A stretch of 64,000 nt of DNA from an uncultured Bacilli bacterium (GCA_934097105.1 CAKONI010000001.1:74144-138143); one strand, 5' to 3'. Counted from the stretch's first letter, positions 29,828 through 37,946 are shown. Made by a program: numbers and translations. Notes: generated by a model from the sequence alone, not told the origin.

Positions 29828-29968
29828 ATGCTTTCAAGTACTAAGGCAGTAGTTAATGCACTTTTGGTAGTATTTTTTTTGACAATGGTGATTTTCTCAC
29901 CTAACATTATTGACTTTGCTTACTTTACATTTTTATTTTATTTTTTATGGAAGTTGAAGTTACTTTGA
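29828..29968 (+). CDS. Small hydrophobic protein (46 aa), hypothetical
   Basis: Below the ORF-track cutoff. AAAGGAG lies 8 nt upstream of the ATG. The sequence is MLSSTKAVVNALLVVFFLTMVIFSPNIIDFAYFTFLFYFLWKLKLL, with two predicted TM segments. Confidence 0.35.
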   Translation: MLSSTKAVVNALLVVFFLTMVIFSPNIIDFAYFTFLFYFLWKLKLL

Positions 29969-30019
29969 TACTTGTTATTAAGTATCTTTTTATTTTATAA
30001 TTATATTGGAGATGATTTT

Positions 30020-30766
30020 ATGTTAATTGATACACATTTGCATTTAGTTTTGGAAGATTATGATATTGATGAGGTTATTGCGAATGCTGAAGAAAATGGT
30101 GTTAAGTATTTAATTTTGGGTTCTAGTTCTGTAGATGACAATAAACTTAATATTGATTTGGCTTCTAGATATAATAATGTTTTTACTACGATTGGATATC
30201 ATCCTAGTGAGGCTAGTCTTATATCTGATAGGGATTTGTCTTTTTTAAAGAGTGCTGTAGAAAATGAGAAAGTTGTTGGAATTGGGGAAATCGGTTTGGA
30301 TTATCATTATGGAGATGAGGATAGAGATTTACAGATTTCACTTTTTAGAAAACAACTTGATATTGCACAGGAATATGATGTTCCTGTTGTAATCCATACT
30401 AGAGATGCTTTTTTAGATACATATAATATTTTGAAGGAGTATAAATTAAGGGGAGTTATTCATTGTTTTTCAGGTAGTTTAGAGACAGCAAAGATGTATA
30501 TGTCTTTAGGATATTACTTGGGTATCGGTGGAGTAGTTATGTTTAAAAATAGTAAACTTAAGGATGTTATTAGGGAAATAGGAATTTCTAAGGTTGTTTT
30601 TGAGACTGATTCTCCTTATTTATCACCTTTTAGAGGTGAAAAGAATGAGCCTTCTAATGTTAGATATATTTGTGATTTTGTTGCGGATTTGCTTGATATG
30701 TCTTCTTCTGAAGTGGAAAAAATTACTAGTTCTAATGCGACTGTTTTATTTGACTTACGTATATAA
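30020..30766 (+). CDS. tatD: TatD-family metal-dependent DNase/hydrolase (YabD)
   Basis: The start is trimmed to MLIDTHLHL (GGAGA upstream). Contains EIGLDYHY and VVIHTRDA...IHCFSG...FETDSPYL. Confidence 0.93.
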   Translation: MLIDTHLHLVLEDYDIDEVIANAEENGVKYLILGSSSVDDNKLNIDLASRYNNVFTTIGYHPSEASLISDRDLSFLKSAVENEKVVGIGEIGLDYHYGDEDRDLQISLFRKQLDIAQEYDVPVVIHTRDAFLDTYNILKEYKLRGVIHCFSGSLETAKMYMSLGYYLGIGGVVMFKNSKLKDVIREIGISKVVFETDSPYLSPFRGEKNEPSNVRYICDFVADLLDMSSSEVEKITSSNATVLFDLRI

Positions 30767-30803
30767 ATGTGTTAGAATATTCTGTAATTGAGAGGTGAGT
30801 TTT

Positions 30804-31418
30804 TTGGCTAAGAGAAAGTTAAAAAAGAATTTAGGCAAAAAGATTATTTCCGGCATTTTATATGTGACAGGTGTTTTACTTATTTGTGCTGGTGTTATAG
30901 GAGTTATCAGTTTTGATGATAAAAAAATGACTAGTAATGAGAGTGAAAATAATAATTTAAATAAATATGTTTCAACTAAGGAACTTGTGGCAACTTTTAG
31001 AGAACTTAATAAAAAGAATATAAATCCTATTATGTATAGTAGTTTTGGCGCTGCTGTTTATAATTCACAGTTTTATCCTACTAGTTTTGTGGGAAAGTTG
31101 GTTCATTATGGACCGGATTGTCCAGAATGTGGTGGACATTTAGGTTGTAATGGGCAAGATGCAAGAAATGGGAATATATATTATAATGATAAAGAATATG
31201 GTAAGGTTCGTATAGTTGCAATGAGTAGTGACATACCTTGTGGAAGTATGATTAGGATAAATGTCGATGCTTATGATAAGGATGGAATGTATGCTATTGT
31301 ACTAGATAGAGGTGTTAGTGGTCCTATGGTGGATTTACTTAAGACTAGTGCTTCAGCTAGTTCACCTGTTAGAACTGTTAATAATGTTACTTTTGATATA
31401 TTAAGGTATGGATATTAA
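30804..31418 (+). CDS. Membrane-anchored 3D-domain (RlpA-like/DPBB) protein, YabE-like position
   Basis: N-terminal basic segment and TM helix, a Cys-rich insert GPDCPECGGHLGCNG, and a C-terminal VRIVAMSSDIPCGSMIRINV...AIVLDRGVSGPMVDLL resembling 3D domains. I prefer the TTG at 30804, which follows AGAGGTGA. Confidence 0.45.
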   Translation: MAKRKLKKNLGKKIISGILYVTGVLLICAGVIGVISFDDKKMTSNESENNNLNKYVSTKELVATFRELNKKNINPIMYSSFGAAVYNSQFYPTSFVGKLVHYGPDCPECGGHLGCNGQDARNGNIYYNDKEYGKVRIVAMSSDIPCGSMIRINVDAYDKDGMYAIVLDRGVSGPMVDLLKTSASASSPVRTVNNVTFDILRYGY

Positions 31419-31527
31419 GACTATTTTTTAGTCTTTTTATTTTGTAAATATGTGTAAAGTTTTTTATCTTTATTTCTGGGTTTATGTTTAATTTTTTTTT
31501 TTTTTTGGAAAAGTTAAAAAAAACGTA

Positions 31528-31556
31528 TTGATTTTTATTTTTTGTTATAGTATGAT
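31528..31556 (+). promoter_or_regulatory. Promoter of module 1 (class A1/B1 genes)
   Basis: TTGATT, 17-nt spacer, TATGAT. The block ATTGATTTTTATTTTTTGTTATAGTAT is repeated almost exactly at 33019-33045. Confidence 0.5.
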
Positions 31557-31579
31557 TGTTATAGTAAAGGAGGATTTAT

Positions 31580-32215
31580 ATGGAAAATAGAGATAACAGT
31601 CAAAATAGTCAAAAAAGAATAATTTTGGCAGTATTAGGTGTTGCTATTTTAGTAGTTGCAGTTGTAGGAATATCGTTTGCAGCGTATAGCAGTTCAAAAA
31701 CTGGTAATGTAAATAAAGTTTCTACCGGTACTATTATGTTTAGTTATGCTGAACCTACTAATGGTATTAATATTCAAAATGCTACTTCTGTTTCTGATGA
31801 TGTTGGTAAAGCTGATCAAACAAATAAGTTTGATTTTACGGTTACCACAACTACAACTAATGCTTTAACTATTCCTTATGTTATTACTTTAACAAAGGAT
31901 GCTAATAATACATTACCTGATGAAGCTGTTAATGTTTATTTAACAAAAGGTGCTGAGAATACAGTTGTCAGAGATGTTACAAGCGTTTCTAGTTTGCCTA
32001 ATTATACTAGAGGATCAGATACGACTAACACTAAGTTATTAGCAGATAAAGATACTGGTGCTGTTCATACTCATGGCGATGCTACTGCTGATAATACCAT
32101 TTCAACTAGTTATACATTTAGAATGTGGGTTAATAGTAGTGCTGCTTTATCTGGAGATACGGCACAAACTTTTAAAGCATTTATTAATGTTGATTCAACT
32201 GTTAATGCACAATAA
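31580..32215 (+). CDS. Secreted protein with SipW-cognate (TasA-type) signal peptide, class A copy 1
   Basis: 211 aa with a charged head, a TM helix and then VGISFA|AYSS. It has VSTGTIMFSY after the predicted cleavage site and a C-terminal YTFRMWVNSS...FKAFINVDS. It is a paralog of 33070..33690. Confidence 0.7.
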   Translation: MENRDNSQNSQKRIILAVLGVAILVVAVVGISFAAYSSSKTGNVNKVSTGTIMFSYAEPTNGINIQNATSVSDDVGKADQTNKFDFTVTTTTTNALTIPYVITLTKDANNTLPDEAVNVYLTKGAENTVVRDVTSVSSLPNYTRGSDTTNTKLLADKDTGAVHTHGDATADNTISTSYTFRMWVNSSAALSGDTAQTFKAFINVDSTVNAQ

Positions 32216-32244
32216 TTTGAAATTTAAGAAAGGAGAAAAAATAT

Positions 32245-32967
32245 ATGGAAGATAATAAAAAAACTTTAGTTCTTTCGATCATTGGTATATTAGTTTTAGT
32301 TATAGCTGTAGTTGGTGTTTCATTTGCTATGTTTAGTTTTTCTGGAACTGGTACAAAAGAGAATGTTATTACAACAGGTACTGTTAGTTTAGATTTTTCT
32401 ACTGTTGAAGAAGGAACAGAAACTAATGTTATTAATGTTGATAATCAGTATCCTATGGATGATACTAATGGTGTTAGTTTAGCAAATATTACAAAATCGA
32501 AGGCAGATTTTAGTGTTAAAGCTAAGTATGATGCTGATATGACAATTAATTATGAAGTTGGTATTGTAGATATTAATAAAACTGGTGATATAACTGAAGG
32601 TGCTGAAACTATTCCTGAAAAAAATGTTAAAGTTATTTTGATTAATTCTACTACTGGAGAGGCTGTAGTTGGTAGTAAAGTTGGTGAAACCTATACTGGC
32701 GTTACTGTAGAAAGTTTAGCAAGTAAAAAAGGTGCTAAAAATTTAATAACTAATTATTATTTGGCTGGTGGATCTTTTACTAAGGGTGACAATTCAGACA
32801 AATATGCAATTTATGCTTATTTAGATAAAGATTATCAATTACCTGTTGACGCTACTAAGTCAACTACTGATAATGCTGGTACAGTAACTAGAACTAATGA
32901 AAGTAAGAAAACTACTAAGAAAGCTGAATTTAGTTTTAAACTAGTTGTTAAAGCAGCTCAAGCTTAA
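32245..32967 (+). CDS. TasA/camelysin-like secreted protein with SipW-cognate signal peptide, class B copy 1
   Basis: 240 aa with VGVSFA|MFSFSG. TTGTVSLDF and INVDNQYPMDD echo TasA ASGTLDLS and VNLSNLKPGD. The C-terminal AEFSFKLVVKAAQ echoes TasA IKLQFSFEATQ. Confidence 0.7.
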   Translation: MEDNKKTLVLSIIGILVLVIAVVGVSFAMFSFSGTGTKENVITTGTVSLDFSTVEEGTETNVINVDNQYPMDDTNGVSLANITKSKADFSVKAKYDADMTINYEVGIVDINKTGDITEGAETIPEKNVKVILINSTTGEAVVGSKVGETYTGVTVESLASKKGAKNLITNYYLAGGSFTKGDNSDKYAIYAYLDKDYQLPVDATKSTTDNAGTVTRTNESKKTTKKAEFSFKLVVKAAQA

Positions 32968-32971
32968 TTTG

Positions 32972-32998
32972 AAGGATGCATTATGCATCTTTTTTTGT
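32972..32998 (+). terminator. Rho-independent terminator after module 1
   Basis: Stem AAGGATGCA/TGCATCTTT with a 3-nt loop, followed by a T-run. Confidence 0.6.
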
Positions 32999-33019
32999 TT
33001 GATTTAATATATAAAATTA

Positions 33020-33048
33020 TTGATTTTTATTTTTTCTTATTGTATTAT
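33020..33048 (+). promoter_or_regulatory. Promoter of module 2 (class A2/B2 genes)
   Basis: TTGATT, 17-nt spacer, TATTAT; a near-identical block to 31527-31553. Confidence 0.5.
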
Positions 33049-33069
33049 TAATATAGTGAGGAGGATTTA

Positions 33070-33690
33070 ATGAAAAAGATAGAAAATAATTATGGGAAAA
33101 TGTTACTTTCGGTTTTGGGTGTTACAATTCTTACTGTTGCTGTTATTGGAATATCATTTGCGGCGTATGCTGGAACTAAAACTAGTGAAGTAAATAAGAT
33201 TTCTACGGGTACTATTACTTTTAGTTATGCTGAACCTACTAATGGAATTACTTTAAATAATGCTGTTCCTGTTAGTGATAGTGTTGGTAAACAATTGAAT
33301 AACACTTTTGATTTTACGGTTAATACGACTACTACTAATGCTTTAACTATTCCTTATGTTGTTACAATGACTAAAGCAAGTGCAACAGAGGGAGAACTTT
33401 GGCTTTCTGATAGTGATGTTACTGTTTATGTAACAAAAAATAATGATGATGTTGCTCTTCCTGAGACTAAGGTTTCTGATCTTACTACTTTTGATAGAAA
33501 TGGTGATTCTAGTAATACAAAGTTATTGTTTGATTCTAGTCATATTCATAATTCTGATGTTACTAATAATACTATTTCTACAAATTATACATTTAGAATG
33601 TGGGTTAATCAATCTGCCAATTTAGATGGTGTTGATAGTCATGTCTATAAGGTCTTTATTAATGTTGATTCTGCTATTAAGGGACAATAG
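33070..33690 (+). CDS. Secreted protein with SipW-cognate signal peptide, class A copy 2
   Basis: 206 aa with IGISFA|AYAG, ISTGTITFSYAEPTNGI and YTFRMWVNQS...YKVFINVDS. By eye it is more than half identical to 31580..32215. Confidence 0.7.
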   Translation: MKKIENNYGKMLLSVLGVTILTVAVIGISFAAYAGTKTSEVNKISTGTITFSYAEPTNGITLNNAVPVSDSVGKQLNNTFDFTVNTTTTNALTIPYVVTMTKASATEGELWLSDSDVTVYVTKNNDDVALPETKVSDLTTFDRNGDSSNTKLLFDSSHIHNSDVTNNTISTNYTFRMWVNQSANLDGVDSHVYKVFINVDSAIKGQ

Positions 33691-33709
33691 TGGTTTGTAG
33701 GAGGATGTT

Positions 33710-34432
33710 ATGAAAAATAAAAGAAATTTGATGATTTCTGTCTTTGCTATATTGATTTTAATTGTAGTTGTAATTGGTGTTTCATTTGCTATATTTAGTT
33801 TTTCTGGGACTGGAACTAAGGAGAATGTTATAACTACTGGTGTTGTTTCTTTAAATTTTGATGATGTTGAGGGAAGTACTGTTTCAAAGACTATTAATGT
33901 TGATAATGAATATCCTATGGATGATACTAATGGTGTTAATATTGATAATGTTAAGGCTAAGGCTGATTTTACTGTTAAGGCTGACTATAATGCAAATATG
34001 ACTGTTAATTATGAAATTGGTATTACGGATATTAATGAAAATATTGCTGATGAAATGGAACAAATTAGTTCTAATTATGTAAAAGTTATATTATTTGATG
34101 GCTCTGGTAAGATTTTGCTTGGAAATGCAGTTGGCTCTAATTTTTCTGGTGTTACTGTTGATAGTTTGAAATCTGTTGCTGGGCCAAATGGTTTAATTAA
34201 TAATTATTATTTGGCAAGTGGTTCATTTACTAATATTAATAAATCTGAGAAATATACTATGTATGCTTATTTAGATAAAGATTATCAATTACCTGTTGAT
34301 TCTACTCAAACTACGACTGATAATGGTGGTACAGTTAGTAGAAATAATGATGATGCTACAAGCAAGAGTAAGAAGACTACTAAGAGGGCAGAATTTAATT
34401 TTAAATTATTTATAAAGGCTGCTCAAGTTTAA
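33710..34432 (+). CDS. TasA/camelysin-like secreted protein, class B copy 2
   Basis: 240 aa with IGVSFA|IFSFSGTGTKENVITTG, DKDYQLPVD and AEFNFKLFIKAAQV. It is a paralog of 32245..32967. Confidence 0.7.
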   Translation: MKNKRNLMISVFAILILIVVVIGVSFAIFSFSGTGTKENVITTGVVSLNFDDVEGSTVSKTINVDNEYPMDDTNGVNIDNVKAKADFTVKADYNANMTVNYEIGITDINENIADEMEQISSNYVKVILFDGSGKILLGNAVGSNFSGVTVDSLKSVAGPNGLINNYYLASGSFTNINKSEKYTMYAYLDKDYQLPVDSTQTTTDNGGTVSRNNDDATSKSKKTTKRAEFNFKLFIKAAQV

Positions 34433-34459
34433 AAATGTGCATATTTTGTACATTTTTTT
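34433..34459 (+). terminator. Rho-independent terminator after module 2
   Basis: Stem ATGTGCA/TGTACAT (one G-U pair), 5-nt loop, T7. Confidence 0.55.
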
Positions 34460-34555
34460 GTGTTAATGTAAATTAAGTATAAAATTATTTATATTTTTCT
34501 TTTAAATTTAATTTTTTTGTGATAATATATTAGTATAGGTATGATAGGTGATTAT

Positions 34556-35380
34556 ATGAAAGATAAAGAGCGTAATATTTTTGAAGAAAAAAAAGTAATA
34601 GCGGATGAAGTTGCAGATGAAATATTAGCTGAGCGTAGTAATGATGATACGAGTTGTTTTCCTTTAATATTGATATTTTTGGTGTGTTTAGTATTTTTGA
34701 TTGCGTCGGTTTCTTTTGCTATATTTAATACTGTTGTCAATAATAATGCGGTTGATGTAGATATTAATGTTAATAAACCTGATGTAGATATCAATAAAAG
34801 ACCAAATAAAAATAATAATAATAAACCTGATAATAATGGAAATAATACTAATGGGAATAGTAATGACAATAGTAAAAATGATTCAAATAAAGATAATAAT
34901 TCTAAAAATCCATCAATAAGCAAGGATTTAGTTTTATTTACATTTAGTTCTGGTTCAAATTATATTAATATGCAAAATGTTTTTTCTATGTCTGATGTTG
35001 AAGGAATTGCTCTTAAAGGTGATAAAGAATACTTTGATTTTAATGTTTCTGCGTCACTAAATTCTAAGAAGAGAGGTTCAATTGTTTATGAAATCTCACT
35101 TGTACCTTTAAAGGATAATACTATTTCTGAAGATTTTATTAGAGTTTATTTGACTGAGAATGATTCACCTGTTTCTGTTTTAAGTGATAATGTTAGTAAT
35201 TTCTCGGATCTTCCAAAAAGTAAGTTTTCTTCGAATGGAAGAGTTATATACAAAAAAACTGTGAATTCTAGTTTTAATGGTAACTATGTATTTAAGATGT
35301 GGGTTTCTTCTAAGGCTGATTTTTCTAATGTTTCTAAAAAATTCGGTTGTCGTGTTATGGTGAATGCTTATTATAAATAA
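34556..35380 (+). CDS. Class A-related protein with long cytoplasmic head, SipW-type signal anchor and N/K/D-rich spacer
   Basis: ASVSFA|IFNT after the TM helix, then an approximately 55-aa low-complexity tract (NKPDVDINKRPNKNNNNKPDNNGNNTNGNSNDNSKNDSNKDNNSKNPS). The C-terminal YVFKMWVSSKADFS...RVMVNAYY is the class A signature. I chose the ATG at 34556, which follows TAGGTGA. Confidence 0.6.
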   Translation: MKDKERNIFEEKKVIADEVADEILAERSNDDTSCFPLILIFLVCLVFLIASVSFAIFNTVVNNNAVDVDINVNKPDVDINKRPNKNNNNKPDNNGNNTNGNSNDNSKNDSNKDNNSKNPSISKDLVLFTFSSGSNYINMQNVFSMSDVEGIALKGDKEYFDFNVSASLNSKKRGSIVYEISLVPLKDNTISEDFIRVYLTENDSPVSVLSDNVSNFSDLPKSKFSSNGRVIYKKTVNSSFNGNYVFKMWVSSKADFSNVSKKFGCRVMVNAYYK

Positions 35381-35395
35381 AAGAGGTTGATAAAT

Positions 35396-36031
35396 ATGCA
35401 TAAAGTTCTTAATAGAATTGCTAAAATTTTTTCTACTGCTATTTTTGTAGTTTTGGTGTTTATTATCGCACTGATTATTGGATATGTTATTAGAGTTAAT
35501 TATCTGTCTAAGAATGGTGATCTTGGAAAGGTTAATACTAACTTTTATACTATTTTGACTCAAAGTATGTATCCTACTATTAAGGCTGGAGATGTTGTTG
35601 TTACTTATAAGGATGATAAAGATAAATATAATGTCGGTGATGTTGTAACTTTTATTTCTGATTCTAATGGTGGAATTACTGTTACTCACCGTGTGGTTGA
35701 AGTTTACGAACTTAATGGTTATTATTCTTATGCTACAAAGGGTGATAATAATAACGCTAAAGATAGTGAGATGGTTAAGAGTGACAATGTTCTTGGAAAA
35801 GTTGTTTTGAAAATTCCAAAAATTGGGTACGCACAACAGTTTTTGGTTTCTAAAACTGGTTGGATTGCAGCAGTTCTGTTACCTTGTTTAGGTGTTGTAA
35901 TATATGACATTATGAAATTAGTGATGTCTATCTTTGGCAAGGGAAAGGGAAAAATAAAAGAAAGTGCAAGTACTATTGCTGCAAGAAAAAGATTAGAAGA
36001 GGTGGTTGATGATGATGACGGGGAAGAATAA
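35396..36031 (+). CDS. sipW: Signal peptidase I, SipW / ER-archaeal type
   Basis: Ser box TQSMYPTIKAGD, His box ITVTHRVVEV and ATKGDNNNAKD (the GDNN box typical of SipW/Sec11-type SPases), plus a C-terminal TM helix and acidic tail. The ATG at 35396 lies 9 nt after AAGAGG. Confidence 0.85.
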   Translation: MHKVLNRIAKIFSTAIFVVLVFIIALIIGYVIRVNYLSKNGDLGKVNTNFYTILTQSMYPTIKAGDVVVTYKDDKDKYNVGDVVTFISDSNGGITVTHRVVEVYELNGYYSYATKGDNNNAKDSEMVKSDNVLGKVVLKIPKIGYAQQFLVSKTGWIAAVLLPCLGVVIYDIMKLVMSIFGKGKGKIKESASTIAARKRLEEVVDDDDGEE

Positions 36032-36617
36032 TTTTTTGAGTAATGATGAATTTACTGAAGAGGTTGATGCTAATTCTTTGTATAGTTATGTAAATCAAAA
36101 TGATATTGTGGCTATTAAAAAACAGGCAAAAGTTAATGTTTTAATTTCTATAGCAATTACTTTTATTGTTATTGCTGTGCTTTTGTCTTTTATGGGCTTT
36201 TTCCTTCTTTATAAAGGAGGGGATTCTATTTTTATTAATTCATCTACTAAATATAATTTATTTGTTACTCATACAACTAGTACTTATGGTGGTGTTATTG
36301 ATTCTTTTAAGGATTATAATTCATCTGATACTGCTTATGTTTATAAGTTTAATGTTCAAAATAACAATAATGTTAGTTTAAAGTATGATGTTGTTCTTGA
36401 GAATCTATCTTTTTCTGAGGGTAGTAATTATAATTTAATTAATTATTCTTTACTTAACTTTGATAATGAAATGGCTATGGGTACTTTAGATAGTGTAAAA
36501 AGTTTTAAGTTGCTTTCTCGAGATATAGGTTCTAGTGTTTCTGATAATTATACTTTGAAGTTGTGGTCTAGTAGTTTTCCAAGTAGTTTTTCTTTTAAAA
36601 TTGATATTAATGTATAG
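36006..36617 (+). CDS. Class A-related membrane-anchored/secreted protein
   Basis: 203 aa with an approximately 40-aa cytoplasmic head and a TM helix ending LLSFMGFF. The C-terminal NYTLKLWSSSFPSSFSFKIDINV is the class A signature. It overlaps the sipW 3' end. Confidence 0.55.
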   Translation: MMMMTGKNNFLSNDEFTEEVDANSLYSYVNQNDIVAIKKQAKVNVLISIAITFIVIAVLLSFMGFFLLYKGGDSIFINSSTKYNLFVTHTTSTYGGVIDSFKDYNSSDTAYVYKFNVQNNNNVSLKYDVVLENLSFSEGSNYNLINYSLLNFDNEMAMGTLDSVKSFKLLSRDIGSSVSDNYTLKLWSSSFPSSFSFKIDINV

Positions 36618-36626
36618 GAGGTTATT

Positions 36627-37307
36627 ATGAAAAAGATGTTTGCGGAGTTTTTGGTTGTTTTTGCTGAATGTATTTTAGTTATTTGTTTGGCTTTTGTTTC
36701 TTTTATATTTGTTCTTAACATATATCATTATGAAGATATTTCTTATGTATATAATATTAAGCCTTCTGAAAGCAAGACTTATAATGATTTTAAGACTAGT
36801 ATTGATAAGTCTTCTAAAAAACTTAGTAAAGTAAAGGCAAATACTAGTGGAGCGTCTATGGCAATACATAGTGATTTGAAAAGTTGTTTTGATACTATTA
36901 AAAAGGGTTATTATTATAAGGATTTAGCGAATAAGGAAACTCTTGAAAGTAAGGATATTTATTATTCAAATCGTGATATTATTGATAATGTTAGTAACAA
37001 GTGTTTATTTAGAATTTCTTATGATATAGATTCTTTTAAGAAAAGTGAAAATTTTAATCATTCTTTTTCTGATATTTATGATGATATTGCAGATAAAAGA
37101 GATATTATTGTTTCTAATTCTGAATTTTTATTAAAACTTGAATATTCTAATAGTTCATATTCTTTTAGTACGCAAGATTTTAAATATGGAATTTTTAATA
37201 GAACTTCTAGTGAACTTTCTTTAACGTATAATAACTATAAAGTTGTTGCTTCGCTTCTTGATGATATTGTTGATTGGTATGTTTTAGAGTATGGAGGTAA
37301 TAGATAA
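36627..37307 (+). CDS. Single-pass membrane protein, hypothetical (locus accessory)
   Basis: 226 aa with RBS AGGAGG, an N-terminal TM anchor, and a Tyr/Ser/Asp-rich extracytoplasmic domain in which I recognise no motif. Confidence 0.5.
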   Translation: MKKMFAEFLVVFAECILVICLAFVSFIFVLNIYHYEDISYVYNIKPSESKTYNDFKTSIDKSSKKLSKVKANTSGASMAIHSDLKSCFDTIKKGYYYKDLANKETLESKDIYYSNRDIIDNVSNKCLFRISYDIDSFKKSENFNHSFSDIYDDIADKRDIIVSNSEFLLKLEYSNSSYSFSTQDFKYGIFNRTSSELSLTYNNYKVVASLLDDIVDWYVLEYGGNR

Positions 37308-37840
37308 TGAAGAAAGTTTTATGTAAGGTATTGAGTTTTCTTAAATATATTTTACTTATTGTAAGTTTTGGATTAGTATTTTATTGCCTTTTGACTACTT
37401 ATTCGAGACTTGAGAAACCTATTACAGATGGAATTAATGTTCTTCTACCATTTGGTCTTGTTTTAATTTGTTTTTTGGTTAGTTTAATTTCTAGAGCAAA
37501 ATATGTTTCTAAGAGTTTATTATTTAATTTTGTAGCAGTTTTTATTTTTGTTACTTCGATTATTGTTTGTCTTAGGGCAATGTATGATACTAATATGTTT
37601 TTGTACTTTAAATATGAAATAAACTTTAATCCTTCTTATTTTTCTGATAATTTGTCTTTTATATTAATGGAACTTTATATGTTGTTTGCAGCGAATGTTA
37701 TACTTCTTATTGCTAGTTTTGTTGATAAGGATAAGAAAAAGGTTGTTAGAAAAGAAGAAAAAACTAATGATGATTTAAAAAAGAAAAAAGTATATAATAT
37801 TACTGATGATGACGATTATAGTGATGAAGAGGGTGAGTAA
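37307..37840 (+). CDS. Four-helix integral membrane protein with K/D/E-rich tail, hypothetical (locus accessory)
   Basis: 177 aa. A TAATG overlap with the upstream gene suggests translational coupling. Confidence 0.5.
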   Translation: MKKVLCKVLSFLKYILLIVSFGLVFYCLLTTYSRLEKPITDGINVLLPFGLVLICFLVSLISRAKYVSKSLLFNFVAVFIFVTSIIVCLRAMYDTNMFLYFKYEINFNPSYFSDNLSFILMELYMLFAANVILLIASFVDKDKKKVVRKEEKTNDDLKKKKVYNITDDDDYSDEEGE

Positions 37841-37946
37841 AATTCTTCTTCTTTTTTTTATGTTTTTGTGGTAAGATTAATTTAATAATATTTTTAATTT
37901 TTTGAAGTGAGGTGTCTTTATCGGGTTTTGTTTCTCGAATTTGATT

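Noticed and set aside
34790-34925. Asn/Lys/Asp-rich repeat region considered as a separate repeat element, or as the antisense ORF 34552-34923.
   Set aside because: It is in frame within the class A-related gene 34556-35380 and reads as a low-complexity protein linker. The antisense ORF is a by-product.
35180-35836. 218-aa minus-strand ORF overlapping the class A gene and sipW. Similar long antisense ORFs are 28174-28653, 45695-46177, 49079-49513 and 22981-23367.
   Set aside because: They lie antisense to genes with clear catalytic motifs. Their Asn/Ile/Ser-rich low-complexity products are typical of AT-rich antisense frames.
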